A DNA stretch of 63,999 bases, the filler included, from Dimargaris cristalligena (Eukaryota), in assembly GCA_003614675.1 (NCBI GenBank). It is 9 parts of 9 records of this genome, joined end to end, with 100 filler letters (N's around TTAATTAATTAA, not from the genome) between each part and the next. Parts side by side here need not be neighbours in the genome. Positions count along the whole stretch, not along the records: positions 1 to 7,247 come from ML003439.1; positions 7,348 to 14,592 come from ML003440.1; 7 more parts are not named here. The stretch is one strand, 5' to 3'. The stretch's first letter is position 1, and every line of letters starts with the position of its first letter. Position numbers and translations under genes: made by a program. Under the pieces are notes generated by a model that was given only the letters and a program-made list of their open reading frames with translations, searched no databases and was not told the origin of the DNA. Positions 1 to 14,452 of the stretch are shown in pieces.

Positions 1-1186
1 AGGAAATCACAGATTCATCAGGAAGGCGGGGGGGAAAGTAGACACAAACCAGTTGGTAAGGGCCCACTTGTAGCCCCAGGCAATACTGAGAGGGGAGAGA
101 CAGGGGCGAAAGTAAGGAAGGTCTAGAGGGTATATAGTCGGGACCAATTGCGATACAACAGAGACTCGACAAAGAACAACTAAAATAAGAGATGAGCGGA
201 GTAGAATTAGTGGCGCGAATAAATGGGTGAAGGAGTGAAAACGAGGTACCTCAGGGCCAAGCTATAGTACAGGGTGGTAAAGCGGGAACAACACAAAGAA
301 GACGAAGGACTTTTGGGTGGGATGGGAGAGGAAAGAAGTAAAACAAACCCAGCTCAGGTCAGAACAGAGCAAAGTAGAGTAGAGGTAAGTGGAGCTTAGA
401 GGGGCTCGCTTCCTCCTCTTTCCTGTAAACGTAGTAGTGTAGTGGTGGTTCCTTGCTGCTCTTCCCCAACCCTTTCCTTTGAGTTGAGTACCCACAAAGG
501 CTGGGGCTTGTCCACATCCTGTGTAACTCGTAAGGAGGGCCCAGTGACCTCCCACCCCTTTCACTTGTACACCCTAACCTCAGGCCGCAAAGCATCTCAG
601 GAAAACGGCTCCACCAGAAATAAATGATTATGAAAGCAAAGGTGCGCAATGGGGAGTCGCCTCCACACAGCCAACGGTGGTATCCTTCTTCTCCGTCATC
701 TAACCGACCGTTAATTATCTATCTATCGACAACGCCTATGATTCGGTCTTCTAATCCAGGGGGTCTCTCTTTTAATGGACTATTTATTCCCTATTATACT
801 AGCGAACCCTCACTGCCTACACGCCCTTTTTACTGCTTCCCATTATATACACCGTGGTTGGAAACCCCATTTATCATCATCCCATGACGACGGGGCTATA
901 TTATTCATATTGGCATTACGGTGATTAGCAAAATGAAAGGCCATGCACTGACGATACTCGATTTATTGGTGACAAATACTACACAGAGGGGGGGATATAG
1001 GGCGATAATAGGAGGGGTGGGTTTAAGGGGGGAAAAAGAACGAGGTACGATAGTGAATGCTTTTTAGGTAGGGGGGAGATTATAGTCAATCTAACTCACC
1101 CCCACGATTAAAAAAAGGCGATCAAAGCAGATCAAAGAGGGGGGGATATATAATCGCCCCTTGAGGAAAGAAGGCGATCAGTTAGT

Positions 1187-2248
<1,062 letters not shown>

Positions 2249-2486
2249 TTAAAGGATAGGATGGGAAAGGAAGAGAGCGAGGGGGATGTGTGTGATGAGT
2301 ATATATCAGGCCATAAGGGGGGGGGGCGTAGGCGTTTATATAAGCCGCTAAGGAAGCACAGAGAAGGGAAAGGAAGGCGGGGGGAGAAACTTGCCCAGTG
2401 GACGGAGTGAATCCTGCGTTGGCTGGTTGGGGAGGAGGGAAGATAGAGGAGGGGAGTGAGACCGGCTTGCTACTCTACTATCTAAC

Positions 2487-2507
2487 TGTGTGTGTGTGTG
2501 TGTGTGT
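2487..2507. repeat. (TG)n microsatellite
   Basis: About 10 TG units directly visible. Confidence 0.9.
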
Positions 2508-3098
2508 ACGCGCGCGCATTCAGCGCCGAGTTAGTAAAACAGGTGTGTTTGCCATGCCATAGTATTAATAATAGCCCTCCTCGATACTACATTATACTAT
2601 ACTATCCTATACTATATTGGCCCCTGGGGAAATGCCATTTCGGCTGGTATAATCCAGGCCAATCAATGCATGCATATATTCCTGGATGCTCCGCGGTGGA
2701 TCACACACACACGCCATACCAACTTTAAGCGCCTCTTGGGCTTGCTTGCTTGATCCATTATCCATCAACCGTAGTTCCATCACAGCTGGGAGAATTGGGA
2801 GTTCTTTATTGGTGTAGAAATCCCTTCCCTAATGAGTCTACCCCAACCCACCACTACTCTCTATATCCATCTTTCACACGTCATGGGACTTCAGTACACT
2901 GGCGGACTGTTACGAGTAGGGTTGTACACCCCCCCTCCCTCGTAGGCCCGGAAGCCGCAGCCCCCCTCAACGGACTGACTTTGGCCGGGTCAGGCCGGTG
3001 TTTGTACTCCCCAGCCAGGTCGCTTCGTTTTGTTACGGGTCCGTAGTTCCCGCCCGTTCACTTCCGCCGAAGGCAACCCATTCTACTCCTTTGCCACA

Positions 3099-5004
3099 AT
3101 GTCCGAACCCCTCATGAGCCAGACCAGCTCCGACGAGGACGAGCAGAAGCAGTTCCTGGTCATCCTGTCCGCCTTTCTGTTCTACCGCACCAATGCCCTG
3201 CACCGTTACCACCGCCAGAAGCTGATTGAGTTTGACCGCCAGCCCGCCCATATCCAGAGGTACCTGCGCGAGGCCGGCTACCTGGTCAAGCTGCTGGCCG
3301 TGGAGCAGGGCATCCGTGCCAACACCCGCTTCCTCAACCAGGTGGCCCGTGAGCAGAATATCCTCGCCTTCCCCGACCCCGACCCTTCCTCCACCTCTTC
3401 CACCTCTCCGTCCGCTGACGCTTCGCCAGACGCCTGGATAGACCACACCCTTCGGCCCGCCGCTACCGCGTGCCCCATGACCGCCCAGGTGTATGCCCTG
3501 TTGCGCCGCAACCAGCGCGACGGACTGCCCCCCGTGCCCGAGTTCCATATGGAGAAACTCCGCAGCACCCTCAAGCAAGTCGTCCGGGAGTGGAGTGCCG
3601 AAGGCGCGGCCGAGCGGCGTGCCTCCTACGGCGTAATCGTCGAGGCATTGGAGGCCTTCTTCGCCGACCGCACCGACCGAGCAGCGATCCGGGTCTTAGT
3701 TCCCGGCGCCGGGCTGGGCCGCCTGCCTTTCGAAATTGCCAGTCGGGGCTTTAGCTGCCAGGGCAATGAATTTTCCATCTTCATGTTGTACGTGTCCTAC
3801 TTCTTCCTCAATCGCGTCGAGCGAGTGGACCAGTTCACCCTCTACCCCTACGTACACTCCTTTTCCAACTGCCCGGCCCAGTCCGACCAGCTACGGCCGG
3901 TATCTGTTCCTGATGTCCTACCCACCAGTGCGATCCCCGTCGGCGTCGAATACGCCGTAGCCGCCGGTGATTTCTTCGAAGTTTACGGTGCCGATCCGAA
4001 CGAGCACGGTAAGTCCTCTGCCCTAATGAAGTTTGTGAATATCCATCCTAACATTTATTTTTAATCTAACGCCGATCCCGCTATTAACACTTGCCCCTTC
4101 CGTATTTAACCGCCTTCCCGGACCCAGCCGCGTGGGATTGCGTCGTAACCTGCTTTTTCGTGGATGCAACACCCAATGTCGTCACATGTATGGAAATTAT
4201 CCACACCCTTCTGAAGCCTGGCGGTATTTGGATTAATCTTGGTAAGTGTGATGCACATCTTCCTACCCTCTAACCTTCCAAAACCCATAGGGTTCTACCC
4301 CCGGATTCCCTTGCCTCGTAGAGAGGTGTATGTGCTCATTAGCTTAATCAATCTTAATGCCCCCCCTTATATTCGACCCATAGGCCCACTGCTGTACCAC
4401 TATGAGAATATGGTCAACGAATCCTCCATTGAATTAACCCTCGATGAGGTGAAGTCCGTTGCCCGAGCCATTGGCTTCACCCTGGTGGTAAGTACTCCCT
4501 CCCCTCCCCTTCCTCTTCTTTTCATTATTATTATTATTAATGTGGCCCAGTCTGCTGGGGCGGTTTTTAGTAATTACACCAATTTCCCGGCACCCCTCTC
4601 CCGGGGTGACGCTGATCCACTGAACCTCAACGTATCTTCAGTTCACCTACAACTAGGGGCCACGCTCAGGCCTGGTGGACATGGCCTAATCCTCTAAATT
4701 ACTCACCCCAGGAACTAGGGGAAATTTGGGTATGATCACCTTACCCCTGGTCGGAATCACCAATATTGTTACTCTCTCCTCCCCTTCTCTGGCGTGGCAA
4801 CGTGACTAATTAATGCCAAACTCCTCTATTCACTCTGTTGATACACGTGGGCTCCACCGCCTCTCCTCTCTTTAGAACGAGCAAATGGTGCCCGCCATGT
4901 ACACCAACAACCCACGCGCAATGCTTCAGTACACCTACCAGTGTGCGTTCTTCACGGCCACAAAAGCCCTTCCTTTATCGAAAAACCCCAGCCAGCCACA
5001 GTAA
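3099..5004 (+). CDS. CARNMT1: Carnosine N-methyltransferase (N2227-like). Exons 3099-4008, 4128-4241, 4384-4487, 4876-5004
   Basis: Motifs LKQVVREWS, VLVPGAGLGRL, QGNEFS, WDCVVTCFFVD, GGIWINLGPLLYHY and YTNNPRAMLQYTY. The GTAAGT...YAG introns join the exons in frame. Confidence 0.92.
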
Positions 5005-5483
5005 GTGGCAGGCCCCCCTTTTCTCTTATTCTCTTCCACCGACCGCCTTTTGCCTTTTACCTATCCTCCCCGGTTGCATCGCCTGGTCCACACTCACTTC
5101 AAAAGGTCCTTCCATTGGTATTCCTTACTGAGATGTGTGTATTTGCATCTGCTGGGGTTCCCAGTTCCTCATCATTCGTTAGAACAGTGTATTATCAAGA
5201 ACAAATCACCCACTAAATCCCCTTTCACACGACGGTTTGCGTGCAGCGGGGTTTGCCGAGCCGCGGTTAACACCGGGAACTGGTACAGGTGAACGTTTAA
5301 AATTGTGTAGTCACTTTCTCATATAAACTAAAAATAACACCAAAAGCCACCCCATCACATCCCAAGCGATCTTTCCGGGCGAGGGACAGCGTGGGTACGG
5401 ATGCCCATAAAAAATAGGGGAGGAAGTAAACTGCAAAAGTAAAATGTTGGGGATAATAATAGAGACCGGGCTGGGAACCGAGT

Positions 5484-7247
5484 CTACAGAAACTGACGGA
5501 TGAAACACCGCCGGTGTTGCATAATAGTACCCGTAAAGTCCTCCGTCTCGATAGTAGCCTTGCTGGGTCGGAGCAAAATGGTGGCCATCAGCAGGGACAG
5601 CTTTTCTTTGGCAATCTCGGTATCCATCGCATGGAGGGTGACCTCCTTAATAAACGACACCAGGAACACAAATACATTTAAATTGGCCCGCGGTAGTGAG
5701 TCGAGCACCTGGAATACAATGGCATTCTCTACCGTGTCATTGCCCAGATGGTCAACCGGCGGGCCGTTGGGGTAGGCCGTTGTATCGTAACCCGAGGCGG
5801 TCCCTCGGGCGTCGGCCTCCAATAGCACTCGGCCCCCGGCCTCGACGCAGCGCTCAAAGTAACCAAAGGGGATGATCGGTTCCGGGAGGTACTTAAGCAG
5901 GCGGACCAGCGTGTCGGCTACGGAGTAGATGCCGCTGAATCGATCGTCGTCTTCGTCCTCCTCGGCCCCGTTGCCGGGGCGGGCGGTGGCCTCTTCCTGG
6001 TCTTCGGAGGGCTTCCCGGCCGGTGGCAATAGTAGTGCCATGTCGAACTCGTCGCCGGTATCTAAGCAGTTCCTAATGTAATTGACCAGCGACTGTTTGC
6101 CATCAATGAAAAACAAATTGGGCACGGATAATCCATAGCGGTCCAGGAAGTCAATCAGCCGCCAGATCTCTTTGGGAACGCTGTATTGGGCCTCTTCCCC
6201 AAGGGCCTGGACCTCTTCCAGGGTCATACGACGAATGGGTTTAGGCAGCCGGGCTAGCACGTCGAGGCTCGTCCCAAAACAAGTCGGCAGGTAATTGCCT
6301 TGTATACTAATAAAGTAATCCTTGCCGTTTTCGAGGTGCAGGATCAGAATATCCCGAAGTTCCTCCTGGCTCGTGTTTAGAGTGGGGGCACTGATGTTGG
6401 TGACCACAATGTCGAAGTGGATGGTAATTTGACAACCTAGGCATTCAGAGGTTCAAGGTTAGGCAAATACCGATAAAAAACGAAGTAAAAATAAGATTTT
6501 ATCTTAGCTCAGGGAGTCGATTAGAGTGTATGCAGGTCGGTCAAGCGGTTGGATGCCTGGTTCCAACGACGAGTCCATAGTGTCTGTGGGGACAGCCCCC
6601 TCTTTCCTGGTCTTGTATACACGTATGCAACAAAATAAAAGTTGTAAATTACCTGGCAGCACCGTTCCAGTAGGGGGATTAACGTACAACCACGGTCGAC
6701 AAAACTCGGTATCATCGAGTTTGGGAATAAACCGGAACTGAGCGGGTACCCGCCCGGTATTCGTGAGGGTCACCGAGCGACTGACCGATTTCTCGTACTC
6801 CACGGGGCCAAAATCGAGCTGGGTATCGGATATCCGGGCGGTGGGCAAACAGTCGTTTTCAAACTTATCCAACTCGCGGAGTAGCTGGGAGTAGATGGCG
6901 GCCTGCTCATCCCGCCGAATGGTTTTAATTCGGAGGCGGAACAGGCTGCTGACGGGCTTGTGGTCGCTCAATGCGAGCTCCATATGACTTTGGTAGTTCG
7001 TGGGATTAATGAAATCGGACCCGTAGGGGGTCCACCACAGGATGCGATCGCACCAGGCCGGGATACGCTTAGGGTCGTACTCATGGGTGCCAATCTCAAA
7101 TTTATAGGTCGGTGCGAAACGGATTGGGCGCTCCTGGAAGCCGGTAAAGGCCTTGAGGTTCATCTTTTGGATGTTGAGTTGGTCGAAATCCAAAAGGTAC
7201 TTAAATTCTTTGTTATCGAGTAGTGTGCGGATCTTGGCCTCGGAAAG
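5484..7247 (-). CDS. OCRL: OCRL/INPP5B-type inositol polyphosphate 5-phosphatase with ASH and RhoGAP-like domains. 5' end truncated by the contig end; intron 6437-6652
   Basis: 5-phosphatase motifs FAPTYKF, RIPAWCDRILW and SDHKPV. ASH region (LTNTGRVPAQFRF, DILILHLENGKDYFI). RhoGAP-like SVPKEIWRL...LPEPIIP. Confidence 0.92.
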
Positions 7248-7347
7248 NNNNNNNNNNNNNNNNNNNNNNNNNNNNNNNNNNNNNNNNNNNNTTAATTAAT
7301 TAANNNNNNNNNNNNNNNNNNNNNNNNNNNNNNNNNNNNNNNNNNNN
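7248..7347. other. Artificial contig linker; identical linkers at 14593-14692, 21931-22030, 29221-29320, 36504-36603, 43783-43882, 51060-51159 and 58334-58433
   Basis: 44 N + TTAATTAATTAA (stops in all six frames) + 44 N. The segments fall steadily in length: 7247, 7245, 7238, 7190, 7183, 7179, 7177, 7174. Confidence 0.99.
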
Positions 7348-7623
7348 TAAATAACTGGGCCCCTCTGGGACTGGTTCAGTTCCTTAGCTTATTTCTTACC
7401 CCTAGAGTTACCTCAATAAACTCCTTATACACTCACCCATTGTATTAGCCAGTAAGTATGCCCACTGCATGTCCCTTGCATTGGCCTGCACTCATCCCTT
7501 ATTGGTTAGTACTAATCCCTCCCTAACACTAGTAGCCCACTTGGCCAAGCCTAAGCCCTGCCTACCATTAGAAGCCTATTCTTAGGACTCTTGATGGAAT
7601 AAGTGTAGTTAACCTGGGTGACA
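7348..7623 (+). mobile_element. 3' half of a Gypsy-family LTR (family A), cut by the contig start
   Basis: Aligns to the 3' half of 16956-17538 (AAATAACTGG...CAATAAACTC...GGACTCTTGATGGA) and ends GGTGACA. Confidence 0.85.
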
Positions 7624-10194
7624 TCCAGTTTTGGGATTTTCTAACATTGCCTATTTTATACTTCCCACTCATTATAGGAATTGTCAGGGTCAGCTATTGC
7701 TCATGCATCACTTGAGTGGGGCATTTAGTTTATCAGTTTACGTGAAGGGATTGGTTTGGGGGCATTTGTCTTGGTTCATGGTTATGGTAGTCTATAGGTC
7801 TCACTCTTATATATCCCCTGTTGGCCTATCTCGATTTTCTAGTATATTATATTTTGGCAAAACCATTGGTATTACGTAACTTCAGATTACCAATAAAGTG
7901 GACATTCTGGTAGGAAAAGGTGCTGCCCATATGCCATCCCTTACTCCAAAGGAACCTGGCTGAGCATCATTTTGCCACCTAACCCAGCCAAAGGAGGCAC
8001 TTAAATATATTGAATTATTATGGGAATGGCCTTTAAATGTAGGTATTGTTTTCGTATATATTTTCCAATGATTTTTACCTATTAAAGACACCTCCTATTT
8101 ATCTTAAATACATGCACTACGCTTGTAATACAATTACCTTTCACTACACCAAATATTTACAGTCCCAAAATTTAAACTAACTGAAATACACATATTTTTC
8201 TCCAAATCATTCATATTTAGATTTTCTCAATAGACTGCGTACCAGGCCATATTACGCTGCCAAATGTGTAATGAAGCTACTGAAAGGGCCAGACACAATA
8301 TTGTGGGAGCCCCCAACTCTGCTGAAATCTTAGGTTTATAATAGATGCTCATCTCCAGACAATTTCATAGGGATTATATTAATGGCTCATCGTCCAGTTT
8401 CCAATATACTCAGACGCCTTTAACTTGAACCATTTTTGATTTTCTTCCGATTTACTCTCTCTATTCCTTGCATCACTTAAAAATATATTCTCCCAGGTGT
8501 CCCACTTTAACACAATCTCGTTAGTTTGGCTGAACTGCGGTCTCCAATTAGTTACTAGTGCCCGGTATTATATGACTAGCCGCAGTGTCCATTTGATTAA
8601 CTTCTCACAGATTATGCACCAACTAACTGGAAGGAATCCAGTGGTGCTGGAATCGATTGATAAGCCACATTAAACCGCCATATATTTTCTGGTTTTATAT
8701 CTTGGATACGCTTTGTAAGGTGCACTTGGAAAGTACCCTCATAACACCATGGCAAGCGGTGTTTCTAGTAATATTCGGTCGGCGCCGCCGCCCATAGCGC
8801 CTCTTCCTCCACCAAACTAGCCCGGGAAAATTCTCAGGAACACAAAACCAGCCATCGGGAATAGCTGTGAAACTACTCAGTTTATCGATAGTCTCGGAGA
8901 AGCGATGGGCGGGAACGAAGGCTTAGACCTACTAAGCACCCTCTCCACGAACATTCGAATACATACAATTGACCTTATTTCTATCCTGGACCCTAAAATG
9001 GGAGTAGTGGTTGCGTGTAAATATATAGAATAGTGTGACGAACCCCATATTGGATGGTTGTAGAGCTCACCACTACGTTTCACGAAAAATAACATTTTGT
9101 TGAAGAGCTCATTGTATCATCGAGTTTAGGAGTGTCTTTAGAAAGATGTCTTGACGGCAGCCTGGCTTGACTGGGCTGTGGTGTGATAAAAACCACTAGC
9201 GGTGCATTATCTGCTGATAAAGGATTGGCTTAGGGGATAGCTTCAAGAACCTGGTATTATGTTAATGTGGTAAAAAGTGGCACTGATTAGTGCCCCGTAG
9301 GAGGGCATATGGCCGAAATGGACCGCATGGGTTTAGGCAGCCACGAAGAGATGCTGGGTTAGTTTCTAGAAAGTGGCAAAAACTAGTGACCAACTAATTG
9401 CGGGCGTTGGTATAGCATATCCTAAAATAGTAAATAGGTCCCGTTACCAATTGTCATTTGGGTTTTTGAAAATCAAAGGGTGTATTTCCCGGTTTACTTA
9501 AAAATAAGCAGAGTGCAACGGTTAGTCCGAAATATTGCCGCTACATCCTTAGCGGTGGCATTGGTTGTACCATCCACCGGATCACTGCCACCAAGTGTAT
9601 CCGTCAACGCCTCCTTATCCCCCTAATTACCTAGTCCAATTATTACTGAAATATTTCCCGAAGTATCCCTTTGACTAATCAATTTGACCTGTATTTGTCC
9701 CCGCGAATCGTCATACCTCATCGACTTGGCTTATACAGCCTGGGCAGATACCTATGACATCAGCCCATATTAAACCCGTTTCCCTTGGGCATGAAGTGCT
9801 TCGCCACCAGCCCGGAGTATTCAAAAATGGGCGATTAACATGGGCTGGGTTTGAAGTCCTATGCTCTGTAAAATTTAGAATATGTAGGCCAAAAGGAATC
9901 ACCGCTATCCTCCAAAGTATGTCATGTTATGTATTTCACTTGGGTATAAAAGACACCACTGCGGCCTTCCTCCTATGGGCAAATACCAATACTATCCATT
10001 ATTTAACACGCCCTACTTTAACATATCGATGATCAAGACCCAGCACTTGCGTGAGTATACTTTTATAATTTTGTTTAGGTTATTATTTGGTTGAATTTAA
10101 CCAATCCCGTTTATCCACTATATATTTACCCTATAAATCTCTACTATTCAGTTCCCTTAACTGCACTAGTCAACTTTCTAGTTATCCAACCAGT

Positions 10195-12255
10195 ATGATT
10201 GGCCACCGCCGAATTACCGTTCTGGGTTTGTTGCTGCTCAAACTCAACATCGCCCAGGCCTTTTCCTTTGACGAGGACACGGGCCGCACCATCAGTTTTG
10301 GCCCCGAATTGGGATACCGCCACTACGACACCTCCGTGCAGGAATCCGGCATTTCGACCGATACCAACGATCCGCTCGAGATTGCCCGTGAATTTGTGCT
10401 CAACAAGTTCGGACTCCAATCCGAGGACTATGTGGTGCGTGACGTGTACCAAACTCAGGTTCCCCCAGTGCACCACGTCTACCTGCGCCAACGAATTAGC
10501 GGCCTGGAAGTAGCCAATGCCAACATGAACATTAACATTGATGGGGAAAACCGCATCATCTCATTTGGCTCGTCTTTTATATTCCCTCCCTCCGAGAATG
10601 AAAATGACGAGGAAGACGATGAAAATGACGAGGAAGACGATGAAAATGACGAAGAGCCCTCGGTTCCCCAACCCACCGAAGATGGGAAGGGAGAAGAGAA
10701 GTCCCCGGGCGAGTCCCAGACCCCGCCCACCAAGCGTCGTAACAGCGCCCCTGGTAGTCAAAGACCCCAACTCTACCGTCGTGAACCTGTTCTGGCCCCC
10801 ACGGATGCTGTCGTTCGTTTGGCCCAGTTTATGAGAACCCCGATTCAAAACCCCGACCAGATTGTGGAACTAATGTTCGAAAATCTGGATGGCGAGGGAC
10901 CGGCCATGGTGCTACAGGACGTGGATATATCCACCGACGGAGATGTCCCGGTGGGTATGAGTTTCATTGCTACTGATGGCGGGGAGTTGGTACAGACGTA
11001 CAGTATTGTTTTGCAGACGGACCAGGCTTGGGTCCATGCCTTTGTGGATACCCAGGGTGGTAATGTGGTGGCCCTCAATAGTTGGACCGCCCACGCCCAG
11101 TACCGCGTCTTTCCTCTGGGGGCCAATGACCCAGAGGCTGACCAGCGTCAGTTAGTAGATAGCCAAAGTCTCGCCCCCGGTTTCTCGGCCACCTGGCACA
11201 GCATGGCTAACGGTACCACCTTCACCGACACTCAAGGTAACAACGTCCACGCCCAGGCCGACCCAACCGGCCGTGGAGACTGGTTGAACCTCCCCCGGCC
11301 CCAGGGAAACAAAGACCTCCAGTTCGACTTTCCCTTGGATCTAACGCAGGCCCCCAGTGCTTACAGTGACGCCGCCATCACCAACCTGTTCTACTGGAAC
11401 AATATCATCCACGATATCTTTTATAGCTACGGCTTCAACGAAGTGGCTGGTAACTTTCAGACCAGTAATGGTGACAAGGGCGGTCGGGGCGGTGACGCCG
11501 TGGTCGCCAATGGTCAGAATGGCGCCGGGACCAACAATGCCGACTTTGCCACTCCCCCCGATGGCATCCGCCCCCGTATGCGTATGTACCTCTGGACAGT
11601 AACTAACCCTCAACGCGACGGGGACTTGGAGAGCGATATTATCATCCACGAGTACGGCCACGGTATTTCCAACCGACTTACCGGCGGCCCTGCCAATGCC
11701 AACTGTCTAGGCTGGGGCGAGTCCGGTGGTATGGGGGAAGGCTGGAGCGACTTCTTCTCCGTTGTTTTCCGCATGAAGGCCACCCACACCGCCAGCGATA
11801 ATATGCTCTTGGGCGAGTATGTCATGGCCGGCCGGGGTATTCGCCGCTACCCCTACTCGATCAATCAGGGAACGAATCCATTCAGTTATGCTTCCCTCAA
11901 TAGCATTAGTACTTATGATCCCCACACCATCGGCACCGTATGGGCCTCCATTCTGTACGAACTCTACTGGAATCTCCTGGAAACCCTTCCCTTCCAGCCG
12001 GACTTGTACTCAGCCTCGCCCAATCATGGCAACACCCTGGCCCTCTTGCTTGTGGTGACCGGGCTTAAACTACAGCCCTGTCGACCCACGTTCGTAACGG
12101 CTCGCAATGCCATTGTGCAGGCCGAGGAGCTGCTGACCCATGGTCAGAATAAATGTGCTGTGTGGCGGGCGTTCGCCAAGCGGGGGCTGGGCATTGATGC
12201 AGCTCGTAATGGTTCTCGCTATGTGGATGGCTTTGCCGTTCCTGAAGGCTGTTAG
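10195..12255 (+). CDS. Secreted fungalysin (peptidase M36) with FTP propeptide
   Basis: Hydrophobic N-terminus, FTP motif HHVYLRQRISGLEVAN, YGFNEVAGNFQ, zinc motif HEYGHG, third ligand GMGEGWSD and WRAFAKRGLG. First ATG at 10195; TATAAAA at about 9945. Confidence 0.97.
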   Translation: MIGHRRITVLGLLLLKLNIAQAFSFDEDTGRTISFGPELGYRHYDTSVQESGISTDTNDPLEIAREFVLNKFGLQSEDYVVRDVYQTQVPPVHHVYLRQRISGLEVANANMNINIDGENRIISFGSSFIFPPSENENDEEDDENDEEDDENDEEPSVPQPTEDGKGEEKSPGESQTPPTKRRNSAPGSQRPQLYRREPVLAPTDAVVRLAQFMRTPIQNPDQIVELMFENLDGEGPAMVLQDVDISTDGDVPVGMSFIATDGGELVQTYSIVLQTDQAWVHAFVDTQGGNVVALNSWTAHAQYRVFPLGANDPEADQRQLVDSQSLAPGFSATWHSMANGTTFTDTQGNNVHAQADPTGRGDWLNLPRPQGNKDLQFDFPLDLTQAPSAYSDAAITNLFYWNNIIHDIFYSYGFNEVAGNFQTSNGDKGGRGGDAVVANGQNGAGTNNADFATPPDGIRPRMRMYLWTVTNPQRDGDLESDIIIHEYGHGISNRLTGGPANANCLGWGESGGMGEGWSDFFSVVFRMKATHTASDNMLLGEYVMAGRGIRRYPYSINQGTNPFSYASLNSISTYDPHTIGTVWASILYELYWNLLETLPFQPDLYSASPNHGNTLALLLVVTGLKLQPCRPTFVTARNAIVQAEELLTHGQNKCAVWRAFAKRGLGIDAARNGSRYVDGFAVPEGC
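10600..10652 (+). repeat. 21-bp coding tandem repeat (ENDEEDD x2.5) in the fungalysin propeptide
   Basis: GAAAATGACGAGGAAGACGAT occurs twice plus a partial third copy. Confidence 0.9.
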
Positions 12256-13902
12256 TGGTAGTCGGTTCCATAAATAGTCACATCCACTGAAGTCTACTAT
12301 TGTTAATTGAAACATACGATGTATTGCAGGAGGTAATGTATATATCTCGAGGATGATACCACTGGACAGTATTGGCGCTACAGTATAACCGTGCAGCCAC
12401 CTATTCCTTTTTACCATGCTGTTGACTAACATCTTTAACACTGACATTGGTTACCCTTTTTATTAACCACTAATTGTCCCGGGCCTTGTTCCCTGGTATG
12501 AACTTCTGACTATTGGAATAAGACATTTAATCAAAACAAATCTACCTAAAGCAAATCATCACGAAATATAAAAGTATTGATATGTTTATTAGGGAACACC
12601 ATTAGTCAACCATAGTAAATGCGATTTAGAGTCTATTGGATTAATGCCCCATAATCTGGTCAAACTATTGAAGGTTTTTCCAATCGTTAAGTGTCTACCA
12701 AACTAAAGGATATATATATTCACTGATTCCTTGTTCGGGACAAGTAAATCACCTAACCCGGCATACTTACAGCATGCAGGGGATAGGCCTAATTACCCTG
12801 GACCAAAACCTCGAAATATCCACCCGGGGTTACAAAATAAGGTAGCCTAGCGAATTAGTATTGGATATTTGGCCCATGGGCTCAACTCGATAGTAATATG
12901 AGAAATGCATCCTAGGCCAATCTGGAGTGTTGCGGGCTAGTTGCAGCCTCTGTAAACTTCTTGTCACTTATAATGTGGGAAAAACTCAGCAATGCGAGTA
13001 ATTAAATGCAACCCTCAATAGACACCCACCACCACCACCACCACCACCGTGATTTAGTTACCCATCTATCCATACAAACTATTGGTGGGTTGCATACATT
13101 TAACTTCGCCATTTGTTTTTAGTATACCCGAAGTTGAGGGAAAGTAGGAAGAGGCATCCAGATGATACCATTTTAATTAGGCAGGATATGATGAATGGAT
13201 AAAGGGTATTGGATAATTAGCCACGAGATGGGGGTTCATATTAATTAGGTTATGCTTAATTGCCTATCACAGGACACCTGTCAATGACGCCTATCTTCTG
13301 TCTTTAACTGGTAATAAAACGTGTGGTGGAGAGGGGTAGAGCAGGTTGTTAGTTTTACATTGTAGGATTATACCGAGTGGAGGCTGACTCCCCTACTGTA
13401 CCCCCTGCACATCACCTACCATTGGATCATGTCAACTCAAATCACCAACATATGTATTTTTTCATATAATTCCCAATATAGCAGAGTGTACATGCAAACC
13501 GAATACCAAATACCTCCTCCTCAATGAACCTTATTATTACTCCCCTTATTCTAACAATCCAGCTATCATGAGATACAGCCCATAATGGTAATTGATTTAT
13601 CCAGTTTTTAGAGTAATGTGAGGGTGCTACAAATCACACTTTATAAGTATAATTCTTGAGGACTGAGCTGTCTGCACAAGATCTTACAATAATGGACCCA
13701 AAACATTCTCAGTTGGCACAATACCTAAGTGTCTCCCACCCAACCTGGCTTACCATTTTTAAAGTTGATCAATTTAATAATTTAGATTTTTATTCACCTC
13801 TGGGATAGAACCTGTGAGCCCAACTATTTATAAATATATATCAATTATAAAGAACTGAAATCAAATCCTTGAAAACTGAACTTTATTTGAAAAAATAGAT
13901 GA

Positions 13903-14452
13903 TGTTGGCCCACCTAATCCTCTCTAAATATGGGAATAGCTGATTGTCCTGTCTGATCTTGCCTTATTATGCCTTATTACTCTCCCCTTGCTATATAATC
14001 CACTATGACCAGGCCCCAATGCTTCTCATGCAATACTCCAACAGCTGATCCAATATTCCTTCTCTCTTAGTTGAGTCTTCTGGATGCAAGCCCCCTGGCT
14101 GAGGCCCTGCCCCTCACCTCTTCTTTAGTCATCCCATTGCTCTCAAGGACCCCTTGTTATGAGTAGTCCCCACATATAAATAACTGGCCCCTCTGGGACC
14201 AGTTCAGTTCCTCAGCTTATTCCTTACCCCCATAGTTTACCTCAATAAACTCACTATACACTCACCCATTATATTAGCCAGTAGGTGTGCCCACTGCATA
14301 TCCCTTACATTAGCCTACACTCACCCTTTATTGGCTAGTACCATGCCCCTCCCTAATGCTAATAACCTGCTTGACCAAGCCTAAGCCTGCCTACCATTAG
14401 AAGCCTATCCCCAGGACTCTTGATGGATTAAGAGTGGTTAACCCAAGTGACA
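13903..14452 (+). mobile_element. Solo LTR, family A, with 5-bp target-site duplication GATGA
   Basis: Ends TGTTGG...GTGACA. GATGA at 13898-13902 and 14453-14457. Homologous to 16956-17538. Confidence 0.85.

Noticed and set aside
1..650. Short ORFs at the start of C1
   Set aside because: Low-complexity purine-rich DNA, more likely the intron-containing 5' leader of a minus-strand gene outside the window.
7248..7347. Regularly spaced TTAATTAATTAA palindromes between N runs, resembling an array
   Set aside because: Artificial linkers. Adjacency across them, and ORF ends running into them (43831, 58389), have no biological meaning.
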